From IMG/VR virus record IMGVR_UViG_3300031949_000019: 64,000 bases of DNA, one strand, 5' to 3'. A program made the position numbers and the translations under genes. Shown in pieces: positions 8,057-17,162 of the stretch; the stretch's first letter is position 1, and each line of letters opens with the position of its first letter. This DNA comes from a virus. The notes beneath the pieces were generated by a model. It saw nothing but the letters and a program-made list of their open reading frames with translations, had not been told where the DNA came from and did not search any database.

Positions 8057-8716
8057 ATGAGCGAAATCAATTCAGCACAAGCACCTTGTCCACATCTTCA
8101 TACAGACTTCTTCAGCAAGTTACTGGACAGGTGTTCGGACTGTGGATCGTTCATTGCTTCCTTTCAGGGTGGTGGAGAGCAGGAACTATTATCGGCATCA
8201 GAAATGATTGACCGTGAACTGGTAGAACTTGCGTTAGAGAGCCACGCACGAGCGTTAATGTACCCGGACAGCAAGATTCAGCACGACCGCGCTAACGAGT
8301 GCCGAAATGAATTGCTGAAACGTCTCACCCGCTATCAACCCAACCAAGCCGCAGCCAAAACACATCCAGAGGATTTCTGCCATCGCTGTGGAGGCCGCAA
8401 CGCTACATGGTTTGCGCCGTCGCCTTTATGGAATTTAGCTGTTCGGGCAAAAGGCGAACCAGAGATTCTTTGTCCCGTTTGTTTCATTCAACTTGCAGAA
8501 GAAGCCGGAATCAACGGAATGGCATGGAAGGTTGCACCCGAATCTTATGAATGGGCCTCCGCAGATATAAAACGGCTGGCAAGAGAAGTGATGGACAAGC
8601 TAAGAGCGCCGGGGTACTTCGACGAAGAATTATTCGACCACCCTGCTTTCAGTGATGAGGATGTTATTTCTATTATTGAATCAGTCCTTACTGGAGAAAA
8701 GAAAGAGGAAGGTTAA
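8057..8716 (+). CDS. hypothetical protein with CxxC motifs
   Basis: 219 aa, AGGAG RBS, CHRCG and CPVC. Confidence 0.7.
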   Translation: MSEINSAQAPCPHLHTDFFSKLLDRCSDCGSFIASFQGGGEQELLSASEMIDRELVELALESHARALMYPDSKIQHDRANECRNELLKRLTRYQPNQAAAKTHPEDFCHRCGGRNATWFAPSPLWNLAVRAKGEPEILCPVCFIQLAEEAGINGMAWKVAPESYEWASADIKRLAREVMDKLRAPGYFDEELFDHPAFSDEDVISIIESVLTGEKKEEG

Positions 8717-9570
8717 TGGAGAACAAAGATCAGAAATCGGTTAATGAAGAAACAGATACTAGTCTCCCAGACGTTGTTATTTCCAAAGACAACTTGGAGA
8801 GTGCTGATTTGCGACTAGCAAGAGAGGATCACGCCTATGCGGTGGGATTTGCTGAAGGGCTAAGGCTCGCTACAGCAGAAGAACAGTCTCGCATTCACCT
8901 GATGGGTGATGGTCTACATTTTGATGATTATTCAGAGGACTATAAAAACAGATTAGCGGCGGTGGAACGACAAAGAGCGGAGGCGTTGCGAGCGATGCGT
9001 CAAGAATCCGAGTCGAGCGAAGCGAGCTACACCCCTGACGATACGCCCGCGAGTTCTGTTCCGCATGATCCCAAATCTTCTGAATCTTCATCTATTCCCC
9101 TGCCTGCGGAGCGACCACAACTTGTCCACACGGCGCGGCAAATGTTTGAGACGCGATTGGCGAAGTACAACGATCCACACAATCTCGAATGGGATTTTGA
9201 TGACGTTACTGATAAGTGGGAGCGCCGCGCTTTCAGCGCGTTCATGGACTTAGTTGCAACCGAGGCGCGGTTAGCTGAAGCTCAACAGCAACTCAACCAA
9301 TTGCAAATCGTAAACAAACAGCTATCAGAAGGTTTAAGTGTTCGAGACGCGCAATATCAGACTCTACGCGCGCAACTCACTGGCTCAGACCGATTCGTGG
9401 CGGGAGTTGAAGCAGCAGCAAAATGTGCCGAATCCTTCATCTCAGTCAAGTACGAAAAGTTTACGGAATTGCGTGGAGAGGATTGGTTAATCGCAAATGT
9501 TGCAAATGGAATCCGTAGCGAACTCCTTCCTGCTGGCTACCAAGCACTACAACAAGAGAAGGAGAACTGA
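8716..9570 (+). CDS. hypothetical coiled-coil protein
   Basis: 284 aa, coupled on both sides. Confidence 0.7.
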   Translation: MENKDQKSVNEETDTSLPDVVISKDNLESADLRLAREDHAYAVGFAEGLRLATAEEQSRIHLMGDGLHFDDYSEDYKNRLAAVERQRAEALRAMRQESESSEASYTPDDTPASSVPHDPKSSESSSIPLPAERPQLVHTARQMFETRLAKYNDPHNLEWDFDDVTDKWERRAFSAFMDLVATEARLAEAQQQLNQLQIVNKQLSEGLSVRDAQYQTLRAQLTGSDRFVAGVEAAAKCAESFISVKYEKFTELRGEDWLIANVANGIRSELLPAGYQALQQEKEN

Positions 9571-9815
9571 TGCCTGATTACTCAGACGATCCAGAACGCG
9601 CGGCGGAAGAGCATGAAGACTGCGCTCGTAAGTTTGCAACTCTGAAACGCGAACTCGCGGATGCGATGTTTGTAGTCAATCTTGCTCGACGGTGGCGGGA
9701 TGATCCTACAAAGTTCAACTTACAATTACGAGACGTAGTAGATATTTACGAACATTGTGTCTTGACTACTTCAATGCCCCAATCAATGCTACGGCAATCA
9801 CGGTCAACCCGCTAA
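9570..9815 (+). CDS. hypothetical protein
   Basis: 81 aa, TGATG coupling; 3' end overlaps convergent gene. Confidence 0.55.
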   Translation: MPDYSDDPERAAEEHEDCARKFATLKRELADAMFVVNLARRWRDDPTKFNLQLRDVVDIYEHCVLTTSMPQSMLRQSRSTR

Positions 9816-10125
9816 TGACCGCCAAGATAATCTGGAGTATCTGATGGGCCGTGAAAGTCTTGCTTGGAGGCCGGTTGATCGAACGTTCGCGCGTTAGCCA
9901 ACCATCCCAAAAGATCGCAATCCCATATACCAAAAGCAAGACTGCTGTGGAGAAGGCCATTGGGGTATGGCCGAATATGATTAACCCAGACTCACCCTCC
10001 CAAGCATAACGTAGCGCAGTAATGAAGGAAAAAGAACTGCCGATTACGCCTGAGATCATGCAGCCTGTGCCAATCCACTTGGGTTGGAGGAAAAACCAGC
10101 GGTGGGGTGAGTTTGGATCGGTCAT
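9766..10125 (-). CDS. membrane protein with three predicted TM segments (holin- or Sie-like)
   Basis: Three hydrophobic stretches; last gene of the - strand structural arm. Confidence 0.6.
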   Translation of the reverse strand: MTDPNSPHRWFFLQPKWIGTGCMISGVIGSSFSFITALRYAWEGESGLIIFGHTPMAFSTAVLLLVYGIAIFWDGWLTRERSINRPPSKTFTAHQILQIILAVISGLTVIAVALIGALK

Positions 10126-10154
10126 TCACTATTGCGCCCGTCTTTCAGTGAGTC

Positions 10155-10535
10155 TCAAAAACCGTTGAAAACTAGATCGGCAGTAGTAGCTCCACCTGGC
10201 GCGTACAGCCAAATCTTCGCAGGATCGACAATCCCTCGGCAGAAATCTTCAAGGTTAAACTTGACCGTCCCTGACGCTAAGACACCCTTATACAATCGCG
10301 GTGGCCCTGCCGCTGCGGCGTTGCGGACAAACTCATCATGGCCCACATACACATCAGCGGCAGGTAACAGACTCCCGCTATTTCCAGTGAACGAATCGAG
10401 CGATGGTACGGTGCTGATTGCGTTGTTAGCATCCGATTGGAATCCCCAGCCTGCTGTTTTCATTATTGTTTCCATTGAAGTAACAGTGCCGGGAATCGCC
10501 ACGTTCTCACTGAAAAGTTTTCTACTCGTTGTCAT
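10155..10535 (-). CDS. putative virion structural protein
   Basis: 126 aa, AAAGGAG RBS, in tail cluster. Confidence 0.6.
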   Translation of the reverse strand: MTTSRKLFSENVAIPGTVTSMETIMKTAGWGFQSDANNAISTVPSLDSFTGNSGSLLPAADVYVGHDEFVRNAAAAGPPRLYKGVLASGTVKFNLEDFCRGIVDPAKIWLYAPGGATTADLVFNGF

Positions 10536-10544
10536 ATTTCTCCT

Positions 10545-11168
10545 TTATGCGCCTGACGCTCCGCTTGCGCCGGATTTGCCGCTAGATCCGCTTGCCCCAC
10601 TAAATCCAGATGCTCCAGAAAACCCACTGACGCCTGAGTAACCTGAGATGCCGCTGTAACCCGAATACCCCGAATCGCCCTTCGGAATACTTTGAATCAA
10701 AGCAACCGTCGCGCTTGCTGTCAAATAGAAGGGATATGTTGCCCCAAACTGCGCGGCGCCCTGATTGAAAACATCAAGTTGATCCCATGTTGTTGTTGCT
10801 CCCAAACTCGCTGGGATCATCCATCCTGCATTGGCTTGCGGAAACCCAAAGATTATTACGCTTGCAACATCGTCCACATATAGCTGTCCGGTGAACCGTG
10901 ATGTTTGAACGTCTACTCCATCGTCCGTGGTACGGATAGTAAATTGTGGGATCGTAAGGAAACCATCGACATCAACTGAGCACTGAACGTCGTAAAAAAA
11001 TCCGGTCTGCCCGTTTCCCGGCATGATCGGCGTCACGCCATCGCTGTCCAAGAATCGCTGCGAATAATATCCTCGGATATGAGGATCGCCTTCGCCTATC
11101 CATATAGGCGGTTCCGGCACTGTCTGGAAAATTAGAATCTCAGCCATAAGAACTAAGGCGACCCGCAC
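10545..11168 (-). CDS. virion protein with C-terminal (Gly-X-Ser)n tail
   Basis: Ends GDSGYSGYSGISGYSGVSGFSGASGFSGASGSSGKSGASGASGA*; true start may be MAEIL at 11147. Confidence 0.8.
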   Translation of the reverse strand: MRVALVLMAEILIFQTVPEPPIWIGEGDPHIRGYYSQRFLDSDGVTPIMPGNGQTGFFYDVQCSVDVDGFLTIPQFTIRTTDDGVDVQTSRFTGQLYVDDVASVIIFGFPQANAGWMIPASLGATTTWDQLDVFNQGAAQFGATYPFYLTASATVALIQSIPKGDSGYSGYSGISGYSGVSGFSGASGFSGASGSSGKSGASGASGA

Positions 11169-11219
11169 GGGAGCAGGCCGCCTAATGGTGGAAAGGCGCA
11201 GCCAAGCAGCCCTTCTCAG

Positions 11220-11531
11220 TTACACCTTCGATCCGGTGATGTACCACTGTGATAAGCCGTCCGATTCCGCGTAGCCTACATTCCCGTCTTCAATGACCGT
11301 GGTGGCGTCGGCAGTAGCGAGTGTATCCGGGCTTGTCGGCCCAACTGTAGCGTCGCCTCCTGAGCCAACTATTCGGATGACATTGTTTCCCTGCTCAAGT
11401 GTGCAGAGACGCGCGAGGGGTAAAGTGATAGCTTTCGCCGCCGTAACCTTCACCGCGTCTACTGGCTCAGTCAGCACCAAGTCATCAGCAGTGGTGACTA
11501 TCTGTTGAAAAGGACTCCCAAATAACGGCAT
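11220..11531 (-). CDS. small virion protein, stand-alone copy of a ~100-aa TLPxA domain
   Basis: ITLPLARLC...W; paralogous to N-termini of 11601-12308 and 19380-20693. Confidence 0.7.
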   Translation of the reverse strand: MPLFGSPFQQIVTTADDLVLTEPVDAVKVTAAKAITLPLARLCTLEQGNNVIRIVGSGGDATVGPTSPDTLATADATTVIEDGNVGYAESDGLSQWYITGSKV

Positions 11532-11555
11532 AGCAATTCTCCTTGAAAATAGGCT

Positions 11556-11584
11556 AGAGGGGCGACCGCAAGCATCGCCCTTCT
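11556..11584 (-). terminator. intergenic hairpin, possible weak terminator
   Basis: AGAGGGGCGA / TCGCCCTTCT arms around CCGCAAGCA. Confidence 0.4.
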
Positions 11585-11600
11585 ATCCATTAACTCAGCG

Positions 11601-12308
11601 TTACGCTGCTGCGCCAGATACGCCTGAGAATCCAGAAGCTCCGCTGGCTCCAGATGCGCCTGACTCACCCGAAGCTCCAGAGAAGCCCGAGGTTCCGCTG
11701 AACCCAGAGGCTCCAGAGGCTCCAGACTCGCCTGAAACACCCGAGAACCCAGAGGTTCCGCTGAACCCTGAGATTCCGCTTGCTCCGCTTGCGCCTGACT
11801 CGCCAGATACTCCACTGAATCCTGACGTTCCGCTGAATCCACTGGTTCCGCTGGTTCCGCTGGTGCCAGAGGTTCCACTAGCTCCGCTAGCTCCACTGAA
11901 CCCTGAGATACCAGAGAATCCGCTGACCCCGCTGAATCCAGACGTACCGGAAGTACCAGAGAATCCTGAAACGCCAGCCGCGCCTGTTCCGCCAACGCCA
12001 GTCCATACCCCAGCTCCGTTACTGGTCATTAACGCCGTTTCACCCGGAAGCAATGAGCCAATGCCAATCAACGCGTCCGAGCCTTGAACTAAAATCGTCA
12101 CGGCCTGATCTGCCGTTGAGCTAGCACTGTTGATGATCTCTTTTTGGAATTGACTTTGGCCGATCATTCCCGGTAGGCAGGTTGCGGCTAATGGCAATGT
12201 AGCGTTCTTGCCAGACGTAATCGTGAAAGTCGCTACATCGTCAGACACGGTTAGCGTGTATGAGTCAGTCTTAGTGACCATCTTTGTGTAAGTTGAATAA
12301 AGCGGCAT
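11601..12308 (-). CDS. TLPxA-domain protein with C-terminal (Gly-X-Ser)n repeat
   Basis: About 105-aa globular N-terminus followed by about 40 G-X-S triplets to the stop. Confidence 0.85.
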   Translation of the reverse strand: MPLYSTYTKMVTKTDSYTLTVSDDVATFTITSGKNATLPLAATCLPGMIGQSQFQKEIINSASSTADQAVTILVQGSDALIGIGSLLPGETALMTSNGAGVWTGVGGTGAAGVSGFSGTSGTSGFSGVSGFSGISGFSGASGASGTSGTSGTSGTSGFSGTSGFSGVSGESGASGASGISGFSGTSGFSGVSGESGASGASGFSGTSGFSGASGESGASGASGASGFSGVSGAAA

Positions 12309-12320
12309 AATTTGTTTCTC

Positions 12321-12767
12321 CTAAAGCGACAAAGGTGCGGCGGCTCCGGCTATACCAGCCGCAGTCTTCCACGGGCTTTCGCTTTGCGTGACTGTGCCCT
12401 GACCTGAAGAACTCATTGTTTCGTTAGTACCGCGGGTGAGTCCTGCAAGTGCTAGATTCTTGGATTGATTTAATCGGTTTACGTCGTATGCGCCTTCGCG
12501 GGTTTGCTGTCCCGCCTGTTGCATTAACTCGCGTTGGCCGGAACGACGAATAGCATCCCGGATTTGCGGGGTCACGTAGCCCCCTGTCGGACTAGCTAGA
12601 GATTCATCTAATTGTCTTTCTTTTTCGCCTAAGCGATAACCAATGGAAGGATCAATCTGGGCTTTACCAGCGCGAGCGGCAATAATATCGGGTGTGTCTG
12701 GAACGGTCTGCGAGGAAGTCCCTGTTGAGGACTGCGTGGATTTCTGTTTTGTGTCGGACATTCCCAA
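12321..12767 (-). CDS. putative ejection / DNA transfer protein
   Basis: S/T/Q-rich N-terminus, helical middle, C-terminal SPWKTAAGIAGAAAP; follows a GNAT-like gene as in podovirus internal-protein modules. Confidence 0.55.
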   Translation of the reverse strand: MGMSDTKQKSTQSSTGTSSQTVPDTPDIIAARAGKAQIDPSIGYRLGEKERQLDESLASPTGGYVTPQIRDAIRRSGQRELMQQAGQQTREGAYDVNRLNQSKNLALAGLTRGTNETMSSSGQGTVTQSESPWKTAAGIAGAAAPLSL

Positions 12768-12863
12768 GTAGGGCGTTACCTTTGGGTTGCATATTTCACG
12801 AAATTCCGCTCGTCAGACACGGAGTTTAGTATCATATTGTCCTGAGTGCAAGGGAAATCTGCG

Positions 12864-13331
12864 TCAGGATGACCCGCTACTGGGTTGGCGTGTTATTTGG
12901 TAACGAATGAATGGCTTTTGCTGGAATTCCTTTTCTTCGCCGGGTGAGAATCCCAACGCTTCCAAGTATCCCTTTAGTGCGATGTTTCTTTTTGTCACCC
13001 ATGCACACAGTTCCTGCGCTCCGTTTTCAAAGAAGGCATCGCGTATCAGTTTGCCGCCTTCAATCAATATCTCACGCGATGTGCCCCGTTTTGATGTGAA
13101 GTGGGCCTCAAAATGCTGCTCTTTCCACTCGTACAAAAGGAACGCCGCACAGAACTGACCATTAAATACTCCAACTACAATTTGGTGGGGATCGTCAGCA
13201 ATAAAAGCTTCAAAGGACGCGCGGTCGGGCTGTACATGTTTCTTTGCCGCTCGCCACTTGTACGCCTCTTGGAAAAGATCGAGGTCAGCGGTCGGATCAA
13301 GCAGTTGTAATTCTAACTTAGACAAGGGCAA
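12864..13331 (-). CDS. GNAT-fold protein (T7 gp13-like)
   Basis: EAHF...AWVTKRNIALKGYLEALGF..GEE resembles GNAT motifs A/B. Confidence 0.65.
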   Translation of the reverse strand: MPLSKLELQLLDPTADLDLFQEAYKWRAAKKHVQPDRASFEAFIADDPHQIVVGVFNGQFCAAFLLYEWKEQHFEAHFTSKRGTSREILIEGGKLIRDAFFENGAQELCAWVTKRNIALKGYLEALGFSPGEEKEFQQKPFIRYQITRQPSSGSS

Positions 13332-13812
13332 GCCTTCGCGTTAGCGGTAAGGGAGCGAGTTTGTAGACGTGCGGCACTATGTTCTCGGCGTACACAAAAG
13401 CCGTTGCGTCATAGTTGATTTCTTCCCACGTCTGGTACTGGTGCTGCCTTAGATAGTCTCTCCCGCGAATCAAATTGATATTTTCAGGATAGCCCCAAAC
13501 TGTAGGGTCACTCGGCCCCCACAGAACGATGCCGGGTTTCAATTTCTCGCAATGGCAGAAGTGGGCGAAGAAATTATCCACTGCGATCCACGTCGAACAG
13601 CCGTTCACCAAAGCTCGCAGGTCTACATAGGACAAGTTCAGGTAACAGTCCATTACACCTTCGATGCGATCCTCGCCGGCGACTCCAATCTGAATTACTT
13701 CGTAGCCATCGCGCTTCAGCAATGAGACAAGTTTTGGGAAGTAGGGATAATTCTTCGGGTTCTGATTTCCTGACCGGAGCTTTGAGCTGTAAGGGGAGAT
13801 AATGATGGTCAT
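13318..13812 (-). CDS. glycosyltransferase family 9-like, C-terminal Rossmann domain only
   Basis: IIISPYS...KNYP...VIQIG...LRALVNGCSTWIAVDNFFAH...GIVLWGPSDP..WGYP; start ATG 13812 overlaps upstream stop (ATGA). Confidence 0.8.
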   Translation of the reverse strand: MTIIISPYSSKLRSGNQNPKNYPYFPKLVSLLKRDGYEVIQIGVAGEDRIEGVMDCYLNLSYVDLRALVNGCSTWIAVDNFFAHFCHCEKLKPGIVLWGPSDPTVWGYPENINLIRGRDYLRQHQYQTWEEINYDATAFVYAENIVPHVYKLAPLPLTRRLALV

Positions 13813-15512
13813 TTCCAGAACGCCAACATGGCTTCCGTCATCGGCCGCTTCCAATTATTCCGCGCCATCCAAGCGTACAAATTTGAGTCAGAAAATCTTG
13901 CCCCAAGTCTTTGTTGGGCTTCAGCAATCGAGATGATCGGAATATCCTGATCGTCAAAGATTCCTTCATGGCTAACAGCGAGAACTAGACCACGTTCTTT
14001 ATGAATCTCTTTGAGTTGCGGCAAGATACTGAGGGCTGCAAAATGGTCGCCAATTCCTGCGTCCAAAACAACGAGCTTCGGTGAGTTATCTTCAACCCCA
14101 CACGATGCCAGCCATTCTCTAAATTTGGCGTCGTCTTGCGCCCACAAACTGCCATCGTTGAACGTTCTTACTCCACCCGTGCTTTGCTGGAGATGCCAAA
14201 CCGTAATCGTAGGATCAACAATCAACTTGTATCCGGCGCGCTTCAGTTTCATACTGAACCAACTGTCTTCGCGGAAACTAACATTGGTGAGCTTTGGATA
14301 GCCGCCAACTTCGCGGCCAGCCTTTACTCTGAAAAGATAGCAACTGTAAAGATGTTCCACGTCTCGTAGTCGATCACCATCAACAAACCACTGCAAGTTT
14401 GTTCCGTTGAAAATGTCTTCAACTTTCCCCTCAACGCCTTTTGGTAACGGAGCGATATGTCCCGGTTGCAGAACGAGCGGAGCAACCGCGCCTACCGTTT
14501 CATCCTCCATTACCTTCAACAGTTTCTCGATAATGTCAGGCTCAAGGATATGATCGTCATCGACACGGAGTAAAAAGTCGGTCGTACAATTCTCAAGGGC
14601 ATGTTGATGGTTTGCGGCAAGACCTAATCTCGGAGTCTTGAATGTCTCGAACGGAATTCCCGCGTCTTGGAGTAGGTGAAATAGTTCCGTATAAGGTGAG
14701 ACTCCTCGCAGTTCGTTTTGCTCACCATCGTCATAGAGAACTAGCTTGTCAGGCTTGCGAGTTTGAGTTGCAACCGAGGCGATGGCCATTGGAAGCGTGG
14801 TGAAGTAGCGATTGAGAGTTGAAATTTCAACCGTAACCGTTCGCGACTTTGTGACACGCTTCGCTGGTTCGTACTGGAATCGGACGCCCCGCTCCGTGAA
14901 TTCAGTTGCATTAGACGCAATCTCATTCATGGCCGCGAGGTTTTCACTCACATATTCCCTGTATTTACTTTCTATGGCTGACTGCACGGTGCCTGCTTGC
15001 TTGATTCCCGCAAAGTACAAATCAGCATGATCATTTCGGTAGCCGAGATAAGACTTGGAAAACAGTGTCGCGGGTAAGGCTGAGGCAAAATCTTCGGTTG
15101 AAATGTTCCGATAGTAATCAGAGGTAGACGGACTGGCCCATCCCCCATCTGTGCGGATTGTGCCGTGCTCTGCGCGCGTTGGGCCAGCACAGGTGATAAG
15201 CAATAGCCCCCCGGGCTTCAGTAGAGCGTGCATCTGCTTCAGCGACTCGTCCCATCGGCTATCGTGCTCCAATGCCTCGGTACTGATAACCACGTCCCAA
15301 AGGCCGTCTCCCCGAACTTGTGTGACGTGCTTTACCGCGTCAACGCCCGGGCCTTCGCCTAAGTCGATTCCGTGGTACGTGCAATCAGCGAAGTACTGGC
15401 GCACACTTCCGTTAATATCCAGCGAGCCGACTTCAAGAACCTTCTTGCCTGAAAAGAATTCAGGATATTCTCGCTTTACGCTGATAACGAATTGGTTTGC
15501 TTCTCGATGCAA
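13809..15512 (-). CDS. three-domain fusion: class I SAM methyltransferase + GT2 glycosyltransferase + GT9 N-terminal domain
   Basis: KVLEVGSLDING...DVVISTEALEHD (MTase); TVEISTLNR...LYDDG...FLLRVDDD (GT-A DxD); LDAGIGDHFAALSILPQLK (GT9 GIGD motif). Confidence 0.88.
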   Translation of the reverse strand: MHREANQFVISVKREYPEFFSGKKVLEVGSLDINGSVRQYFADCTYHGIDLGEGPGVDAVKHVTQVRGDGLWDVVISTEALEHDSRWDESLKQMHALLKPGGLLLITCAGPTRAEHGTIRTDGGWASPSTSDYYRNISTEDFASALPATLFSKSYLGYRNDHADLYFAGIKQAGTVQSAIESKYREYVSENLAAMNEIASNATEFTERGVRFQYEPAKRVTKSRTVTVEISTLNRYFTTLPMAIASVATQTRKPDKLVLYDDGEQNELRGVSPYTELFHLLQDAGIPFETFKTPRLGLAANHQHALENCTTDFLLRVDDDHILEPDIIEKLLKVMEDETVGAVAPLVLQPGHIAPLPKGVEGKVEDIFNGTNLQWFVDGDRLRDVEHLYSCYLFRVKAGREVGGYPKLTNVSFREDSWFSMKLKRAGYKLIVDPTITVWHLQQSTGGVRTFNDGSLWAQDDAKFREWLASCGVEDNSPKLVVLDAGIGDHFAALSILPQLKEIHKERGLVLAVSHEGIFDDQDIPIISIAEAQQRLGARFSDSNLYAWMARNNWKRPMTEAMLAFWK

Positions 15513-16822
15513 AAGAACCCTCCGAATCCTTCTACTGACTCAGTGATATTTGGTTTGTCTAATGCTTCCCAGATGCCTGTTTTGTCTGGTACGCGACTAA
15601 CCAGTAATTCGTTCACAGCTTGAACGACACCAGGATAGTCGGAACTGTAGTCGTGACCGCATAGTAATCCGCCTTCCACAAGCACTTGTTGCCAATTGAG
15701 AATATCTGCCCTGATCGCGTCGTAGTGATGATCGCCGTCTATGAAGATCATCGAAACGCCAATACCCTTTAGGAATTCCGCCGCATTCGCACTGCTTGTT
15801 CTTAGTGGGACAACCCTGCCTTCCAGTATGTGATCGGAAAGATTTCCGCAGAACTGAAGGTAAGCCGCATCCCCGTCACGTTCTTTTGCGGACTCAAACG
15901 CCGGATCGCCATTTGCTGCCCATGCGTCTACCGCAAACAACCTGCCACCTTCGGGAAGATTATCCGCGAGTGCTCGCGTGCTGCGTCCGTACCACGAACC
16001 AATTTCACAGATTATAGGGTGAAGTCTTGCTTGCGTTGCCAGCCAAATCAATTCATCGTGGCCCATCCAACCTTCAATTTGTTCTGCTCGCGCAATATTC
16101 ACGGGGCCATACCTCGCTCTTAGTTTTGCTTTATTTCGTTCAACTACTTCTACATGGTTCGGGAGTTGAGATAACGTGGTTTCCGCGTCATGCATCACCG
16201 GAAAGTTGCCAACCCATCGGTGACGCTTCCACTCTGGTAGATGTTCGCTGTCTGGAACTTCAACTAACTTGCATTCTTCACCAACTGGAACTTGTACCCA
16301 CTTCCATCCCGCTCGTTCAGCTCTGATAGTGAGGTCGATATCTTCCCCGTAGAACGGCGAGAGGTCTTCGTCCAATACCCCGACTTTATCCAGCATTGTT
16401 CGCCGGAGCATTGCGCAGAAAAAGATAATAAATTCATGTTGAGTATCGTTATCCCACAGTTTATGTGAGCCTGTGATTCCTACTTGTGGATCGGAGAATG
16501 GCCCAGAGAGTAAGTCGAGCCAATGGTTCTTTGGTTGGTCTAAAAGAACGCAGTCGTCGTTAAGTAGGCAAATTAAGTCGCAATGGCTCTCCTTGATTCC
16601 GGCGTTTACTGCTTTTGAAAATCCGATGGGCTTCTCAAACCAGAGCGTTATTCCATCCAGCCCTAAGTCCTGAAGGACGTTGCGAGTCTCAGGAGGTGCA
16701 CCGTTGGCCACAATGACTATTTCGCACTGCTCAAGGTCGGTATGCTGTTTGAGTGATTCGAGACAGGTGCGGAGGCCAGAGGAATTCAAAAACGAGGGGA
16801 TTACGATCGAGAAGCGCGGCAT
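15476..16822 (-). CDS. GT2 glycosyltransferase fused to class I SAM methyltransferase (Methyltransf_24-like)
   Basis: FSIVIPS...VIVANG...GFSKAVNAGI...LLNDD...YGEDIDL; C-terminal EIGSWYGRST...IFIDGDHHY...GGLLCGHDY. Confidence 0.9.
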   Translation of the reverse strand: MPRFSIVIPSFLNSSGLRTCLESLKQHTDLEQCEIVIVANGAPPETRNVLQDLGLDGITLWFEKPIGFSKAVNAGIKESHCDLICLLNDDCVLLDQPKNHWLDLLSGPFSDPQVGITGSHKLWDNDTQHEFIIFFCAMLRRTMLDKVGVLDEDLSPFYGEDIDLTIRAERAGWKWVQVPVGEECKLVEVPDSEHLPEWKRHRWVGNFPVMHDAETTLSQLPNHVEVVERNKAKLRARYGPVNIARAEQIEGWMGHDELIWLATQARLHPIICEIGSWYGRSTRALADNLPEGGRLFAVDAWAANGDPAFESAKERDGDAAYLQFCGNLSDHILEGRVVPLRTSSANAAEFLKGIGVSMIFIDGDHHYDAIRADILNWQQVLVEGGLLCGHDYSSDYPGVVQAVNELLVSRVPDKTGIWEALDKPNITESVEGFGGFFCIEKQTNSLSA

Positions 16823-17015
16823 CCTGCGTACTTTATCATTGGAATAACGTGGAAGTCACGCGGAATGTCGTGCTTCTAACTTGTTGGCAAACTGAATCCA
16901 TAAGTATTTGTTCAAGTAGGTGTTCACGATTGGCCCACGCTCTGTTGCTTGATCCAGCACACGGCTGGTACATAATTGGGGCTTCCACAACCCTTATCTA
17001 CTAATTGAAGTTCAC

Positions 17016-17156
17016 CTAGAGAGGCTTGTGTAACTTTCCATCCTGTATCTTCTGCGCGACAGCAAAGATCGCAATCTTGATGATTGATTCACAACAGGGA
17101 ATAAGACAGTCTATCAAATGACGGTAGGTGGGAATTACAATACTGAATTTAGACAT
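17016..17156 (-). pseudogene. truncated GT2 N-terminus fused to unrelated tail (46 aa)
   Basis: Hand translation MSKFSIVIPTYRHLIDCLIPCCESIIK-IAIFAVAQKIQDGKLHKPL*; first 27 aa parallel the downstream GT2 start MPRFSIVIPSF...LRTCLESLK. Confidence 0.75.
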
Positions 17157-17162
17157 GACTCT

